Of a stretch of 64,000 bases of DNA, positions 29,305 through 38,968 are shown one piece after another. Both the position numbers and the translations under genes were made by a program. The stretch lies in assembly GCA_943354835.1 (NCBI GenBank), contig CALRDH010000003.1, positions 12,939 to 76,938 on the forward strand. The letters run 5' to 3'. The notes beneath the pieces were generated by a model. That model made no database searches. It had not been told where the DNA came from and worked only from the letters and a program-made list of their open reading frames with translations. The stretch is from a candidate division WWE3 bacterium. GTDB lineage: Bacteria > Patescibacteriota > WWE3 > 2-01-FULL-39-13. The number at the start of each line of letters is the position of its first letter. Position 1 is the stretch's first letter.

Positions 29305-30526
29305 TCAAAAGATGCTTTTTATTATTTTATCTAACCAACAGTTTGATTCGACTTTTAAGACTAATAAGTGGCATGTTGCAAATCAGCTTGTTGCGAAGGG
29401 CCATAAGGTTATTTTTGTAGATCCACCGTTACGTTTTAAGGCGATAAAGAATTTTTCAAGGGTTATTGACCAAAAGTCAGAGAATTTGATTGTTTATAAG
29501 CCAATTAATTTGTTGAATTTCAAGCCAGTTTCTAAGTTAAATACAATCTCACAGGTTAATATTATTGAAAGCGCAATTAAAATTTTAAAAGCAGAGAATG
29601 AAAAAAGAATTTTGTATATTTATCACTTTGATTTTCCTGATTTAAGAGATTTTATAAAAGATTTTAAACACGACGTTAAAGTCTATGATTGCGTTGATAT
29701 TTATTCAGAATTCCCGGAATATGCAACGGGGGCAAAGGTAAATCCTTCGATTATTTCTTTGATTCAACATTTAGATGATGCGTTGAAAATCAAATTCAAT
29801 CAAAACGGCTTAAGTCTAAAAGCATGGGTTGATAATCAAGAAGAATGGCTATGCCAGACTTGCGATTTAGTTTTTGCAAGCGCTCCAGGAATCGTTAAAC
29901 ACTTAAATAAATGGAGAAAAGACGTTGAATATCTTCCAAATGCTGTGATATTTGAAAAATATGATCACAAAGGCAAACTGACAGAACCAAACGACATAAG
30001 GAGTCTTACTCACCCAAGAATTGGATTTATAGGAGCAATTGATAGCTACAAAAACAACATTAAACTAATCGAGGAATCTGCAAAAACATATCCAAACTAT
30101 CAATTTGTAATGATTGGACCAGAAAAGGTTTCGGATCCAGACTTGGACCTATCTGTACTCAAAAGTTTAGAGAACGTGCATTTCCTAGGCGAAAAGCCAT
30201 GGGATGAAACACCTGCATACTTTGACCATTTTGATGCACACTTCATTCCATACAATATAAATGACTATACAATCGGCTGCCATCCAATTAAATATTTTGA
30301 AGGAATGGCAGCCGGACTTCCTACAATAACAACACTTTCGTCAATCAAAGAATTTGATATCGACGGATACTCTACTGAAAATTCAAAACAATTCATAAAA
30401 AACATAAAAATCGCAATAGAAGAAGACAACGCTGAAAAAAGAAAAGCACGAAAAGAATTAGCAAAAAAACACAGCTGGAGTAGTAAAGTGGATAAGCAGG
30501 TAGAATTGATTAACAGTAAATTATAG
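29291..30526 (+). CDS. Glycosyltransferase (GT-B, family 1/4-like)
   Basis: C-terminal 'HPIKYFEGMAAGLPTITT' (nucleotide-sugar binding E/G-rich helix). Two-Rossmann-domain organisation. Confidence 0.55.
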   Translation: MLKSIQKMLFIILSNQQFDSTFKTNKWHVANQLVAKGHKVIFVDPPLRFKAIKNFSRVIDQKSENLIVYKPINLLNFKPVSKLNTISQVNIIESAIKILKAENEKRILYIYHFDFPDLRDFIKDFKHDVKVYDCVDIYSEFPEYATGAKVNPSIISLIQHLDDALKIKFNQNGLSLKAWVDNQEEWLCQTCDLVFASAPGIVKHLNKWRKDVEYLPNAVIFEKYDHKGKLTEPNDIRSLTHPRIGFIGAIDSYKNNIKLIEESAKTYPNYQFVMIGPEKVSDPDLDLSVLKSLENVHFLGEKPWDETPAYFDHFDAHFIPYNINDYTIGCHPIKYFEGMAAGLPTITTLSSIKEFDIDGYSTENSKQFIKNIKIAIEEDNAEKRKARKELAKKHSWSSKVDKQVELINSKL

Positions 30527-31363
30527 TCTCCGCGCAACAACCCAAATAGTATCGAAGATGTTTATTCCAAGGATTTTGTTTACGAGGTTGCATATAAAGT
30601 AGTAAATCTGAAGGCGCATTAGTTTTAATCCTTCGTTTGCGTAGTATGGATCTGGACCAAGCTCAATGATTTCAAAGTCTTTTGATTCCAAGAAAGCTCC
30701 AAGAACTTGAGGTGTGAAGTGCGAAAGATGAATTTCATCAATACTTCCGTCTAGTTTGATTTTTTTTAAGTAAGGCTTCCCTATTATTTTTTTGACTATC
30801 GTCTTTAAACTATAAATATCGTTTGGAACTGCGATTGTTAGAATTCCGCCTGGATTCAGGAGTTCATAGACGTTTGCAATTGTGCCATTTACGTCATTAA
30901 CATGCTCCAAAAGATGAAACATTGAGATATTGTCGAATTTCTTGTTTTTGAAATCTATATCGTCTAAAGTGCCGTGAAATATATCTATATTGTATTTTTC
31001 CTTCGCAATTTTTACAGCGGAATCAGATACTTCAGTTCCAAAAACTTCTGTATAGAAGGGTTTTGCAATATCAAGGAATTGTGCAATTCCGCACCCAACG
31101 TCAAGAAGAGTTCCTTTTTTTATGTTTTTTCGCATCTTTTTAACGCGTCTTTGCCATAAAACTTTACGTGGAGCCAAATTTGAAAGCCAACCATCGTACT
31201 TTGAACCTTTTGAATAATAATTGATAATTTCCTTTAAAGTTGGGCGCGGATTGTCGAATATATATCGACAATCCGCGCATCTATACAGCCCAACTCTATC
31301 ATCAAACATTTCAATATTTTTGCTTTTACAAAGGTTGCACTCATTAATAAATTCCGTTTCCAT
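30521..31363 (-). CDS. Class I SAM-dependent methyltransferase with N-terminal Cys4 zinc ribbon
   Basis: 'CNLCKSKNIEMFDDRVGLYRCADCRY' then motif I 'LLDVGCGIAQF' and 'LNPGGILTIAVPN'. Confidence 0.7.
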   Translation of the reverse strand: METEFINECNLCKSKNIEMFDDRVGLYRCADCRYIFDNPRPTLKEIINYYSKGSKYDGWLSNLAPRKVLWQRRVKKMRKNIKKGTLLDVGCGIAQFLDIAKPFYTEVFGTEVSDSAVKIAKEKYNIDIFHGTLDDIDFKNKKFDNISMFHLLEHVNDVNGTIANVYELLNPGGILTIAVPNDIYSLKTIVKKIIGKPYLKKIKLDGSIDEIHLSHFTPQVLGAFLESKDFEIIELGPDPYYANEGLKLMRLQIYYFICNLVNKILGINIFDTIWVVARRL

Positions 31364-31404
31364 TGAAGAATAATACCAAATAATTCATGTGTTAGAATTT
31401 CAGC

Positions 31405-32529
31405 ATGCGAATAGGCATAAATGGCCAAGTATTGTTTATAGATGAAATCGAAAAAACAGGCCCCGTAACATATCTTAAAAATCTTTTAATAGGAATTTCA
31501 AAAATTGATAATAAAAGTTCATATTCAGTTTATTTATCAAGCAAAATAAACAAGGATTCCTTTGAGGAATTTAAATCACAATTTCCTGACAATTTTAATT
31601 TCAAAGTTCTTGAAGTTAAGCCTTCCTGGATGCAAGTTTCACTGGCAAAAGAGCTTTTTCAAAACCCAGTTGATATTTTTTTCACTTCAACACATTCAAT
31701 TCCTTTTCTTTTAAATCCAAAGGTAAAAGTTGTCTCAATGATTCATGGACTAGAATACAAAACAAACAAACAGTATATAAATTCGCCGATTATGGCTTTA
31801 ATTCACCCATTAATAATTTCGTGGGTTCTAAAATTTTCAAAAAAAATCATAACACCATCAAATGCTACCAAAGATGCAATTTTGAAATCATTCAACATCC
31901 AAGAAGAAAAAATAAATGTTATTCACGAAGGCGTAAGTAGCGATTTTTATAAAAGGACAATAAGCGAAATCACAGCAGTTAGGAAAAAATATAAACTCGA
32001 AGATTTTAAATATTTGCTATTTGTGTCAACAATTCAGCCAAGAAAGAATATTCCAAAAATGATTGAAGCATTTGCAAAAGCTTTAAAGGAAAATCCAAAA
32101 CTTAAAAATATTAAACTCGTTATTGCTGGAAAAAACGGCTGGATGTACGAAGAATCATTAAATTCACCAAGCAAATTCGGTGTTTCTGAAAACGTTATAT
32201 TTACAGGACCAATCTCAAGCGAAGATCTCCCCGTATTGTTTTCTGGAGCAATTGCATTTGTGTCTTGTTCACTAGAAGAAGGCTTTGGTTTACCACTTTT
32301 GGAAAGCTTGGCGTGCGAAACTCCTGCAATGGTTTCAGATATACCATCATTTCGCGAAATAGGAGAAGATAAAGTAATATACATCGATCCAAATAACACA
32401 GAAAGCATAAAAAACGGGTTTTTAGAAATCGTTTCAAACCCATTAACAAAAAATTTAGAGGGCCTGGCCCGAAAATATACGTGGGAAAAAACGGCTAAGG
32501 AAACGCTTCAGATAATGAAAGATCTTTGA
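31405..32529 (+). CDS. Family 4 glycosyltransferase
   Basis: 'EGFGLPLLESLACETPAMVSDIPSFREI' is a GT4 signature. Confidence 0.8.
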   Translation: MRIGINGQVLFIDEIEKTGPVTYLKNLLIGISKIDNKSSYSVYLSSKINKDSFEEFKSQFPDNFNFKVLEVKPSWMQVSLAKELFQNPVDIFFTSTHSIPFLLNPKVKVVSMIHGLEYKTNKQYINSPIMALIHPLIISWVLKFSKKIITPSNATKDAILKSFNIQEEKINVIHEGVSSDFYKRTISEITAVRKKYKLEDFKYLLFVSTIQPRKNIPKMIEAFAKALKENPKLKNIKLVIAGKNGWMYEESLNSPSKFGVSENVIFTGPISSEDLPVLFSGAIAFVSCSLEEGFGLPLLESLACETPAMVSDIPSFREIGEDKVIYIDPNNTESIKNGFLEIVSNPLTKNLEGLARKYTWEKTAKETLQIMKDL

Positions 32530-33633
32530 TTCAGTAATTCCAGCAACACTAACCATAACAATGCCAAATAAACTTGGCAAAATATATCTTAAATATCTTT
32601 TATCCGAAACATTAACAAATAACATATACGTAATGAAAATAATAAATATTGATAATAAATATTTTTTCTTTTCTTTACTTTTTATATAAAAAGCTAGCAA
32701 TCCTCCAAACACAAAAACCGTCCAGAATATTAAAGTAAAATTTCCTCCTGCTAATTCGAAATAATATAAAACTCCGTTGTAATACCTTATGTGAAACGGA
32801 ACTAGACCGACAAGGTCATCAGTGATCCCACGCGAGGAAATTAATATATATTTAATTGTCTGTATTGGTGCAACCCACATAGGTGGATAAACGGCTATAA
32901 AGGTTAAAATCGAGATTAATAAAAATTTAAAGAAATTTAAGAATCCGTTTAGAAATCCTTTATACATAATAAATACAAATAAAATTGCGGGTAAAAATAA
33001 AACTCCCATAAATCTTGTCAAAAGCGCAAACCCGAAAAAAACAGCTGGCAGAACAAAAAAACGTCGTTTAGATCTTAAATAATCCAAAAGTCCGACTACT
33101 GCAGAAATCGTAAACATAAAAAATATAAAATCTAGGTGTAAATCCTTTGATAAATCAACGGATATTGGTTCAAATAATATTAAAAGCGACCATATAACAG
33201 AAGGAATAATTCCAAAAACACCGGCAAATAAAAAAACAGTATATCCAAAAAGTAATCCAGAGACTAAAACAAGCGGAAATTTTGCCCAATAAAGTTCATA
33301 ATTCAAATATGGACATTGATAATCCATATAGGCACATTCTTCATAATTTTTATCAGTCATAAATTTAATTTTTTTTGCAATTTTGTTAGAAAAGCCAGAA
33401 AAAGTCATTATGGTAACACCTGGATGATATGAAATATAGCCTGCATACCCTAAATCTTTACCTTCAATGTATCCACCTTTTAAATTTGTACTTACTATCC
33501 AAGGATAATAATTAATTCGATATAACCAACTAAAATTGTCTTCAAATGGAGGATTCGAGTTAAGACTTGTTAATCTAGTTATAAAAAATATAGCAACTAC
33601 AACAATTGCTAAGACTAACCTATAATTTTTCAT
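32455..33633 (-). CDS. Polytopic membrane protein, GT-C (PMT/ArnT)-like glycosyltransferase candidate
   Basis: 392 aa with about 10 TM segments and loop motifs similar to PMT-like proteins. Confidence 0.4.
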   Translation of the reverse strand: MKNYRLVLAIVVVAIFFITRLTSLNSNPPFEDNFSWLYRINYYPWIVSTNLKGGYIEGKDLGYAGYISYHPGVTIMTFSGFSNKIAKKIKFMTDKNYEECAYMDYQCPYLNYELYWAKFPLVLVSGLLFGYTVFLFAGVFGIIPSVIWSLLILFEPISVDLSKDLHLDFIFFMFTISAVVGLLDYLRSKRRFFVLPAVFFGFALLTRFMGVLFLPAILFVFIMYKGFLNGFLNFFKFLLISILTFIAVYPPMWVAPIQTIKYILISSRGITDDLVGLVPFHIRYYNGVLYYFELAGGNFTLIFWTVFVFGGLLAFYIKSKEKKKYLLSIFIIFITYMLFVNVSDKRYLRYILPSLFGIVMVSVAGITESKIFHYLKRFLSRFFPRIFSGQAL

Positions 33634-35104
33634 TCTTTATTAGAACTATTTTCGACTTTGTTAAAAATTTACCGCTTTGAAATGGTCCCATTATTGGATT
33701 TTTGCATGAAGCACAATTCTCATCGTCAAATCTAATTTCATACCTATAGTCGCTTAAGTTGACGTTATATAAGCTATTCCATGCGTGATCTGCTCGGATT
33801 AATTTCTTTTCTATTCCAAAACTTTCGGAAGTCGTATTTCCCAACTCCCATATTATATTTTGTCTCGAAATAAATTCCGATGAAAAATCTAAAGAAATAA
33901 ACCCCTCAAGGACGATGAATATTATTAAAATTTTGGAATTTATTTTGTAATCTGAAAGCTTCAATAACAAAAACATTGCAATTGGTATCAAGATTAAAAT
34001 ATACCTATCAAAAACAAAAGGATTAACAATTATTAAAAAAATACCAAATAATAATGAATAAAATTCAAACGAAATAGTAAAATTTTTAATTGACTTTAAA
34101 TTCATATTTAAAAAAGCAAATATCACCATTATAAAAAGCGAAAAAGAAGATATTAAATTAAAAATCGATGAATAGTTATATCCAGTCGGAGCTCCAGTAA
34201 GTCCCTGATAAAAAAATCCCATCGAAGTAAATACGTTTGGATAGTAAGGAAATATTTTCCATGGAAAATTTGTATTGATAAATAACAAATATAAGGCATA
34301 ACTAACAAGTAAAGTTGCTACTAAAACTAAAACATTTTTTAACTTATATAGCGTTGCCGTGAGTGTAATTGGCAATAAAAATATTGATATATATATTAAA
34401 CTCGCGAATATATTTGAATAGACATGTTTTATGCTATTTAGATTTTCAAATTTTATGCTTTTTTGACCAGTCATCTCTGATGTCATTGGAAATATAAAAA
34501 AGTAGAATGCTAAAACCATTATCAAAATCAAAAGGTTAATCATCGCAGGCCTATACTTTTTAGAAACTACTTGAGCTATAACAACACCTACTGGTATTAC
34601 TATTGCAGACTGTTTTGCGAGAAATCCTAATATCCAAGAAACACTAAGCTTAATATTTGAGCTCTTATTTGCAAAATATATAGACATTAAAATAAAAAAC
34701 AAAAGATAGATTTCAGTCATAAAGCCCCAAACTGAATATATAAAGATAGGGTTCAAAAATATTAGTAATCCAAGCAACGCACTATTTATTTTAGTTTGTT
34801 TGTAAAATTTATACGAAATTAAGGTCGTGACATAGAAACACGAGACCGCGACAAACAATGTCACCACAGGCAACAAGTTCAATGGAAATACAGATGCGAA
34901 TATCATACCCAAAACACCTTGTGTATAAAAAGTCGTCGCTGTAACAGAAAGTAGCTCAAAATTGCCAGTCAAAAACCTTGCAACACTAACATATCTATTC
35001 CAATCATCATTTTGCATGAATCTAATTGATATCGAAACAGGAAGAATCAATATAAAAAGAGCTAAAGCTACAAAGCCAATTTTAGAATACGATAAAAAGC
35101 GCAT
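33620..35104 (-). CDS. Polytopic membrane protein (GT-C/O-antigen-polymerase-like)
   Basis: 494 aa with more than 10 TM segments. Overlaps the downstream membrane protein gene by 14 nt. Confidence 0.4.
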   Translation of the reverse strand: MRFLSYSKIGFVALALFILILPVSISIRFMQNDDWNRYVSVARFLTGNFELLSVTATTFYTQGVLGMIFASVFPLNLLPVVTLFVAVSCFYVTTLISYKFYKQTKINSALLGLLIFLNPIFIYSVWGFMTEIYLLFFILMSIYFANKSSNIKLSVSWILGFLAKQSAIVIPVGVVIAQVVSKKYRPAMINLLILIMVLAFYFFIFPMTSEMTGQKSIKFENLNSIKHVYSNIFASLIYISIFLLPITLTATLYKLKNVLVLVATLLVSYALYLLFINTNFPWKIFPYYPNVFTSMGFFYQGLTGAPTGYNYSSIFNLISSFSLFIMVIFAFLNMNLKSIKNFTISFEFYSLLFGIFLIIVNPFVFDRYILILIPIAMFLLLKLSDYKINSKILIIFIVLEGFISLDFSSEFISRQNIIWELGNTTSESFGIEKKLIRADHAWNSLYNVNLSDYRYEIRFDDENCASCKNPIMGPFQSGKFLTKSKIVLIKNEKL

Positions 35105-36410
35105 ATATTAATAAAAAGATACCAGATAATATTGGAGATATTTCGGCAAGTTTTTCAAACCTCCCATACGTTTTGTTTTTTAATTTTGAAATAATAAAAA
35201 CAGTAAGTGCCAAAGCTGAAAATATTCCAAGTCCAAAAAACAAAATAACAGGAACCAAGTTCCACATTTTACCTGTCGATACAACCAGCATAAATATGGA
35301 CCATCCGAATAAACAAGGAGCAATTCCTGTAATAAAACCTAAGAATAGTTGTTCTTTAAAGCTAATATTTGTATCAAGTTCGTGTGTGTGAGTGTGTTCA
35401 CCATGTTCATGATCATGATGTTTGTGTTTCAAATTATGTCTGAAATCCAATAAATTTTTAATCAATATATAGACGGCAGTAATTAAAAGTACGTACCCAG
35501 CATATGTCCCAAGTTGTGTAAATTTCGAATAAAATTGGAAAAAGTTGTTTGCAACTGCAAATATAATTCCCATTATAATTATGTCTCCAATGTGTGTCGC
35601 CGTAAAAACTGCCGCGTATGCTAGGCCTCTTTTTAAGCTCATTTTTTTATGAAGCATTGCTGAAGCTAATATTGCCTTGCTATGACCAGCTTCGAGTGTA
35701 TGTAAGGCTCCTAATGCAAAAACTAAGATCACCATAACCAAAAGGGATTCATTTTTAATTTGGTCGGATTTCAAAAATACAACATCACCAAGTTTAGATA
35801 AAAAACTTGTCTTTTTAATCTCCTGCGTTTGTTGATTTGCCGTTGCTCCAGGATTTTTATTGTCTGTAATCGAAAAACTGTATTCTGTTTTGTTTTTATT
35901 TAATTCGGTTTCAAATAGTGTTTCATCACCTTTTGAAACGTCCATAAAATTAATTCCAGCATCGAAATCATCAACAAAAAGTGTGTTTATTAATTTAACA
36001 TTATCTATTTGATCTTCGCATTTATGGGTCATAACCGTGCGTGTTCCTAATGAAAGTGAAATCTGCTCTTCAGTAACTGGGGATTCGTCGACAATTTTCT
36101 TGCATTCTTTTTCATTGTTATAAATTGTTAAATGATTTTTAACATAATCGTTATAAACATTTTGATATTTGAGAAGTTCTTGTATATCTTGAGCCTTTGT
36201 CCCATCAAATTTTTCAACCAAAAGCGCGGATTGAAACCAATTTATGTACGTGTAAGATTTAATGACGTCATCATTTAAGCGAGCACCGTCAACCTCATCA
36301 AAAATATATAGATAAGAATCAGTATTATCAGGAGGATCAGCATACGAAACCCCACGAAATAAAAATGAAAAAATAAATAGGAAAATAAAAAAAACTGGGA
36401 TGGATTTCAC
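35082..36410 (-). CDS. Membrane protein with secreted N-terminal domain and His-rich loop (putative Ni/Co/divalent-metal transporter, NicO/HoxN-like)
   Basis: Signal peptide, ~200-aa extracytoplasmic domain, then TM helices with 'LHTLEAGHSKA' and a loop 'HNLKHKHHDHEHGEHTHTHE'. Confidence 0.35.
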   Translation of the reverse strand: MKSIPVFFIFLFIFSFLFRGVSYADPPDNTDSYLYIFDEVDGARLNDDVIKSYTYINWFQSALLVEKFDGTKAQDIQELLKYQNVYNDYVKNHLTIYNNEKECKKIVDESPVTEEQISLSLGTRTVMTHKCEDQIDNVKLINTLFVDDFDAGINFMDVSKGDETLFETELNKNKTEYSFSITDNKNPGATANQQTQEIKKTSFLSKLGDVVFLKSDQIKNESLLVMVILVFALGALHTLEAGHSKAILASAMLHKKMSLKRGLAYAAVFTATHIGDIIIMGIIFAVANNFFQFYSKFTQLGTYAGYVLLITAVYILIKNLLDFRHNLKHKHHDHEHGEHTHTHELDTNISFKEQLFLGFITGIAPCLFGWSIFMLVVSTGKMWNLVPVILFFGLGIFSALALTVFIISKLKNKTYGRFEKLAEISPILSGIFLLIYALFIVF

Positions 36411-36535
36411 TTGAATATTATACCGTACAAAAATTCTGATAAACAGAATTGATTAATCTACAAAAACAACCTAAAATCACGATTAGATGGAAAAAACAAA
36501 AGTCAAAGATTTTCTAAAAGTGCTGAAATGGGTGA

Positions 36536-38293
36536 TTGTCCTTTATTTTCAAAATCTCTCCGTTTAGAACGGGATTTTTAATAATTGCGAAAATAATCGA
36601 TGCTGTTGGCGGATTAGCCTGGGCATTTATATTCGGTAAATTGATAGACCAAATTGGCAAACAAATGACATCACAAAATCCGTCAATTGAAAGTCTATAT
36701 CCATTTTTAGGTTACATATTTATCTACTACTTGTTTTTTGAAGGTGTGTTTTCTGAATTATATTGGTACTGTCGAAGATCATTGCGATATATAAGCAAAT
36801 CAAAAATAGAAATTATATTTTATACAAAATTAAATGAGCTAGGTATTCAAACGCTCGAAGAACCAGAAATGCAAAACAGAATAAAAAGAGCAGATGAATG
36901 GTTGGGTGATTCGTTGTACGTTCTTGATTCAATCGTAGACACAATTTCAAATATTTTTCTAACAATATCAACAGCTTTTATATTATATAAATATATTCCA
37001 ACGATGATACCTATATTGGCAATATATTCAGTAATAAGATTTCTTCCAAACAGATACTTTTCAAAACAAGATTTTAAATGGCGAGTTGATAATACAGAAA
37101 AATCGAGGGTAATCGGAAGTCTTATTAGGATCTTGCGAAACACAAACGAACTCCTTGAAATTAAAATAAATAATTCATATAAATTTCTAGATTCAAAAGT
37201 AAAACTATTTTATGAATGGTACAACAATGGATTTATTAAGATTGTAAGAAACACTCATTTAGCAAGTTTTGGCCTTGGGCTTGGACAAAATGTATTTGGG
37301 ATCGTCGGATATTTTATAATCATTAAAAAGACAATTATTAGTCATCTATCAGTTGGAGATATGCTTTTTCAATTTAGGGCACTAGATAATTTTACTAACG
37401 CACTATCGTCTGTTCTTGAAAACATAACAGGACTCTACGACGTCGCGATTAAAATGGTTGATGTTGTGTACGTTTTTGAGGCAAAACCTTTAAATATGGA
37501 AGGCAAGAAAAAGCTTCCAAAATCTACAAAACCTCCAGAGATTGAATTTCAAAATGTAACATTTAGGTATCCAAATTCCACAATTAATGTATTTGAAAAT
37601 TTAAATTTAAAATTTGTCTCCGGTGAAAATGCAGCACTTGTTGGACATAACGGAGCTGGCAAAACAACTATCGTAAAACTTTTGGCAAGAATTTATCAAG
37701 TCACAAGTGGAAAAATTTTAATAAACGGCATCGACATAAATGAACTGGATATTGAAGATTGGTACAAACAAGTCGGAATTTTATTTCAAGAATATGCATT
37801 TTATCCAAGTCTTACAGCTCGTGAAAATATAATAATGGGAAATCCTACAAGCAAATTTTCAGAAAGTGATGTAATTAAAGCTTCTGTAAATGCTGAAGCC
37901 CACGAATTTATTACTGAATATAAGTATGGCTACAACCAAATAATGAGCGAGCAATTCGAAGGTGGCACAAGACCAAGCACTGGTCAAAAACAAAAAATCG
38001 CGATTGCAAGATTCTTCTTTAGAAATCCATCCCTAGCAATTTTTGACGAGCCAACATCCGCAATCGACGCCGTTTCCGAATATCGAATCTTCAACAAGAT
38101 TTATACATTCTTTAAAAAGAAAACAGTGCTTATAATCTCACACCGATTCTCAACAGTAAGAAATGCGGACAGAATATTCGTAATAAATAAAGGCAAACTA
38201 ATCGAAGAAGGATCACACAAAGAGCTAATGAGAAAAAATGGTTACTATGCAAAAGCTTTTAATCTTCAAGCCGAAGGTTATAAGGAAAACTGA
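36536..38293 (+). CDS. ABC transporter, fused permease/ATP-binding protein (type I exporter, MsbA-like)
   Basis: Six-TM N-terminal domain. Walker A 'GHNGAGKTT', signature 'STGQKQKIAIAR', Walker B 'IFDEPTSAID', H-loop 'ISHR'. Confidence 0.9.
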   Translation: MSFIFKISPFRTGFLIIAKIIDAVGGLAWAFIFGKLIDQIGKQMTSQNPSIESLYPFLGYIFIYYLFFEGVFSELYWYCRRSLRYISKSKIEIIFYTKLNELGIQTLEEPEMQNRIKRADEWLGDSLYVLDSIVDTISNIFLTISTAFILYKYIPTMIPILAIYSVIRFLPNRYFSKQDFKWRVDNTEKSRVIGSLIRILRNTNELLEIKINNSYKFLDSKVKLFYEWYNNGFIKIVRNTHLASFGLGLGQNVFGIVGYFIIIKKTIISHLSVGDMLFQFRALDNFTNALSSVLENITGLYDVAIKMVDVVYVFEAKPLNMEGKKKLPKSTKPPEIEFQNVTFRYPNSTINVFENLNLKFVSGENAALVGHNGAGKTTIVKLLARIYQVTSGKILINGIDINELDIEDWYKQVGILFQEYAFYPSLTARENIIMGNPTSKFSESDVIKASVNAEAHEFITEYKYGYNQIMSEQFEGGTRPSTGQKQKIAIARFFFRNPSLAIFDEPTSAIDAVSEYRIFNKIYTFFKKKTVLIISHRFSTVRNADRIFVINKGKLIEEGSHKELMRKNGYYAKAFNLQAEGYKEN

Positions 38294-38634
38294 TCCAGTT
38301 TGACCAAAGAATTATTCTTTGCATCAACAAGAACAGAAATTGCATCAATTCTATATGCCATATCCAAAAACCCCCTTCCTTCGTGGGTTAGAAAGTAGTT
38401 TATTGTTCTTTTCAGGGATTTTATTTTGTACGGAGTTATTGCGTCGAGTGGATCTCCGTAATTGTTGTTTGTTCGCGTTTTCACTTCAACAAAAACTATT
38501 TCATTTTTGTCTAGTGCAATTATATCGATTTCACCCCAACGAGGCATCGAATAATTCCTGTATAAAATTTTATATGATTTGGAAATTAAAAAGTTGGTTG
38601 CAAAAGATTCACCCAAAACGCCAACATCACGCAC
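38278..38634 (-). CDS. yraN: UPF0102 family endonuclease YraN
   Basis: '[47 protein letters not shown]' is the YraN/UPF0102 signature. Confidence 0.7.
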   Translation of the reverse strand: MRDVGVLGESFATNFLISKSYKILYRNYSMPRWGEIDIIALDKNEIVFVEVKTRTNNNYGDPLDAITPYKIKSLKRTINYFLTHEGRGFLDMAYRIDAISVLVDAKNNSLVKLDQFSL

Positions 38635-38950
38635 GTTTTTCTTTTACTTTCATAGCAAGTTTACCAATACGATCTCTCATATAGTAAAGTTTTGCTCTTC
38701 TAACGCTACCAGGAGTTTTTACAACTACAGATTCAATATTTGGTGAAAATTCTGGGAAAATTCTTTCAAGACCAAGTCCACCGTTTGCGATTCTTCTTAC
38801 TGTAAAAGTTTTTGATAAACCAGTACCCTTTTTAGCTATAACTAAACCTTCAAATGGCTGTATACGAGATTTCTCTCCTTCTTTAATTTTGTAGTTTACA
38901 ACAACCTTATCGCCTACATTGAAAGTTTTTGGTTTGTCTTGATTTTCCAT
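38627..38950 (-). CDS. rplS: 50S ribosomal protein L19
   Basis: '[68 protein letters not shown]'. Confidence 0.9.
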   Translation of the reverse strand: MENQDKPKTFNVGDKVVVNYKIKEGEKSRIQPFEGLVIAKKGTGLSKTFTVRRIANGGLGLERIFPEFSPNIESVVVKTPGSVRRAKLYYMRDRIGKLAMKVKEKRA

Positions 38951-38968
38951 AACGTCCGCAATTTTAAC

